Below are positions 62,559 to 64,000 of a stretch of 64,000 nt of DNA, in pieces. The number at the start of each line of letters is the position of its first letter. The first letter of the stretch is position 1. Source of the stretch: a virus. Both the position numbers and the translations under genes were made by a program. The stretch is from positions 118,330-182,329 of IMG/VR virus record IMGVR_UViG_3300026097_001223. One strand, 5' to 3'. The notes beneath the pieces are model-generated. The model did not search any database, had not been told where the DNA came from, and worked only from the letters and a program-made list of their open reading frames with translations.

Positions 62559-62857
62559 CAGACAACCGTTTTGTAAAAGTTTTATTTGATGTAAAAAGAA
62601 CCGACCGATCTCCGGTGGACGGAGGTTATCGTGTGTATGTCAATGACGAACTGTTTACCCAGCGTACCTGGAGTGGCAGTAATTTTTACCTCAGAGAAAT
62701 GGTGCAGATATTGGCGCCACCTGGCAAATACAATATCACCATCGAACAAAATCCTGGCACTGTAGCACAATTCAAACCCAGCAATTTTAAAGTGATATAC
62801 GGACCTGGCAAGGTCAGCACCGACGGTGTACTCACAGTAAGTACGTCTCGCCGATAA
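62555..62857 (+). CDS. hypothetical protein
   Basis: YRVYVNDELFT.RTW; ATGA overlap. Confidence 0.65.
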   Translation: MTDNRFVKVLFDVKRTDRSPVDGGYRVYVNDELFTQRTWSGSNFYLREMVQILAPPGKYNITIEQNPGTVAQFKPSNFKVIYGPGKVSTDGVLTVSTSRR

Positions 62858-62865
62858 ATATTGTT

Positions 62866-63018
62866 ATGCGCTTATACGAAATCATACAAGAAACCACTAC
62901 ATCGGGCAGTATTGCACCTGTAGTCCAGCCATTAGGTATCATGCAGACACGTTCCGGTAACACTAAATACAATACTCGTAAAAAGAAGAAACCGGAATAT
63001 GCTCGCAGAAGATCTTAA
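62866..63018 (+). CDS. 50-aa late peptide (not in the ORF track)
   Basis: MRLYEIIQETTTSGSIAPVVQPLG...KKKKPEYARRRS; ATG 5 nt after TAAATA. Confidence 0.6.
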   Translation: MRLYEIIQETTTSGSIAPVVQPLGIMQTRSGNTKYNTRKKKKPEYARRRS

Positions 63019-63439
63019 AAGTTTACTAGCGTCAAGTTACGCTTTTACCATTAAAGCCCAGTACTTTCATTGGAATGTGGAAGGGCCTGACTTTTATCAG
63101 CTCCATGAATTTTTTCAGGACGTATACGAAGAAGTATACGCCAGCATTGATACAATAGCCGAGCACATCAGAACACTGGACGAATACACTCCAGGTAGTT
63201 TTGAACGCTTTGCAGAACTCACAGTGGTTCAAGGACAAATCCTGGTGCCACGTGCCGAACTCATGTTAGAAGAACTGTTGTCAGACTGTGAAGCAATGAT
63301 AAATCTACTAAACGACTGTTTTTCTAGTGCAGAAAACGAAAACAAGCAAGGTGTAGCAGACTACATTGCAGGTCGTATAGATGCATTTAGAAAGCATCAG
63401 TGGATGCTCCGCAGTTTCACGAAAAAGGATAGAGCATAA
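62999..63439 (+). CDS. dps: Dps family mini-ferritin
   Basis: FHWNVEGPDFYQLHEFF, YEE....DTIAEHIR, KHQWML. Confidence 0.9.
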   Translation: MLAEDLKSLLASSYAFTIKAQYFHWNVEGPDFYQLHEFFQDVYEEVYASIDTIAEHIRTLDEYTPGSFERFAELTVVQGQILVPRAELMLEELLSDCEAMINLLNDCFSSAENENKQGVADYIAGRIDAFRKHQWMLRSFTKKDRA

Positions 63440-64000
63440 TGGAAGACAAACACATGTTAGATATCCTTTCTGGATTTGACAAGGCCAGCAAAGGACAAAG
63501 ACCCACAGACAGCAACACAAAACAAAAGCTCATGGCAGACAATGACATGACAGCTATCATGGAAAGCTTTAACAATGTATCCGAAGGCAAGAAGCAAAAA
63601 GCAGGTGACCAGGTTAAAGGATCAGATCCTGCGCCGAAAGCTGAACCAGGACGCACCGAACATCCGTTCAAGGACAAACTGGTAGGCGAAGATCAACAAG
63701 AATCAGCAGGTGTGCAAACTGAAGACCTTATAGCAGATCTCAAAGACAAGTTTGCAGATTTCCTACAGGGTATGGACGATACTGTAAAAGACAAAGAACT
63801 GGTTGTGCCACAAGACGACACTGTGAAGACATATACCACAGACGACGGCCATACAATCAGTATTCATGGCAATCAAGGCGAAGGATTTAGAATCAAGATC
63901 GACGCCAAACCCAGTAAAAACAAATTTCACAGCTTGGAAGAAGCTGAACTGGCTTGCGAAATGTTTCAATCGCGTAGAAACAAGCAGGCAGTAGATCCAA
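63439..64000 (+). CDS. modular late protein, 3'-truncated by the window edge
   Basis: TAATG overlap; frame open to the window end; module GKKQKAGDQVKGSDPAPK.EPG...HPFKDKLVGE. Confidence 0.7.
   Translation, partial: MEDKHMLDILSGFDKASKGQRPTDSNTKQKLMADNDMTAIMESFNNVSEGKKQKAGDQVKGSDPAPKAEPGRTEHPFKDKLVGEDQQESAGVQTEDLIADLKDKFADFLQGMDDTVKDKELVVPQDDTVKTYTTDDGHTISIHGNQGEGFRIKIDAKPSKNKFHSLEEAELACEMFQSRRNKQAVDP

Noticed and set aside
1-64000. Stop-codon reassignment (alternative genetic code), as in some jumbo phages
   Set aside because: Recognisable proteins (NadE, ClpA, halogenase, RFC) are full length in code 11; TAA, TAG and TGA all terminate genes; no suppressor tRNA was seen.
1-64000. CRISPR array, rRNA, integrase/att site or IS element
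   Set aside because: No regularly spaced direct repeats with unique spacers, rRNA-like sequence, recombinase/transposase motifs or terminal inverted repeats were seen by eye.
1-64000. Bacterial chromosome or eukaryotic giant virus origin (transporters, RFC, DnaJ, ClpA)
   Set aside because: Baseplate/fibre genes, endolysin-spanin cassette, T4-type late promoters, SD sequences and CCA-encoding tRNAs point to a tailed bacteriophage; housekeeping operons are absent.

Overview
This window is a gene-dense, mostly plus-strand segment of a large T4-like or jumbo myovirus genome, read with standard genetic code 11. No integrase, rRNA or CRISPR array was seen. All family assignments come from motif recognition by eye, with no database search. 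Evidence for a phage: baseplate/tail-fibre-like structural genes, an RFC-type clamp loader, an endolysin-spanin lysis cassette, sigma70-type early promoters and many T4-type late promoter cores (TAAATA/TATAAATA). The host is probably a Gram-negative bacterium (spanins) and most likely a marine alphaproteobacterium (two-piece permuted tmRNA with a GGCAACAGAA 3' motif, class II cobalamin riboswitch); this host call is an inference. The accessory load is large: five tRNAs, a permuted tmRNA, a B12 riboswitch-BtuB-like receptor-membrane transporter cassette, NadE, peroxiredoxin, rubrerythrin, ErpA/IscA, Dps, a split ferritin-like gene, a flavin-dependent halogenase, two TctA-like permeases plus TctC, an APS kinase-like gene, sulfotransferase-, SGNH-, glycosyltransferase- and methyltransferase-like genes, GroES, DnaJ and ClpA. 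The strongest leads are: (i) a complete riboswitch-controlled cobalamin uptake cassette whose last gene has its stop codon inside a tRNA-Arg anticodon loop; (ii) the circularly permuted tmRNA together with a phage ClpA; (iii) an unannotated promoter-driven three-hairpin RNA with C-rich anti-Shine-Dalgarno-like loops; (iv) apparently leaderless late transcripts; (v) modular head-protein-like polyproteins.
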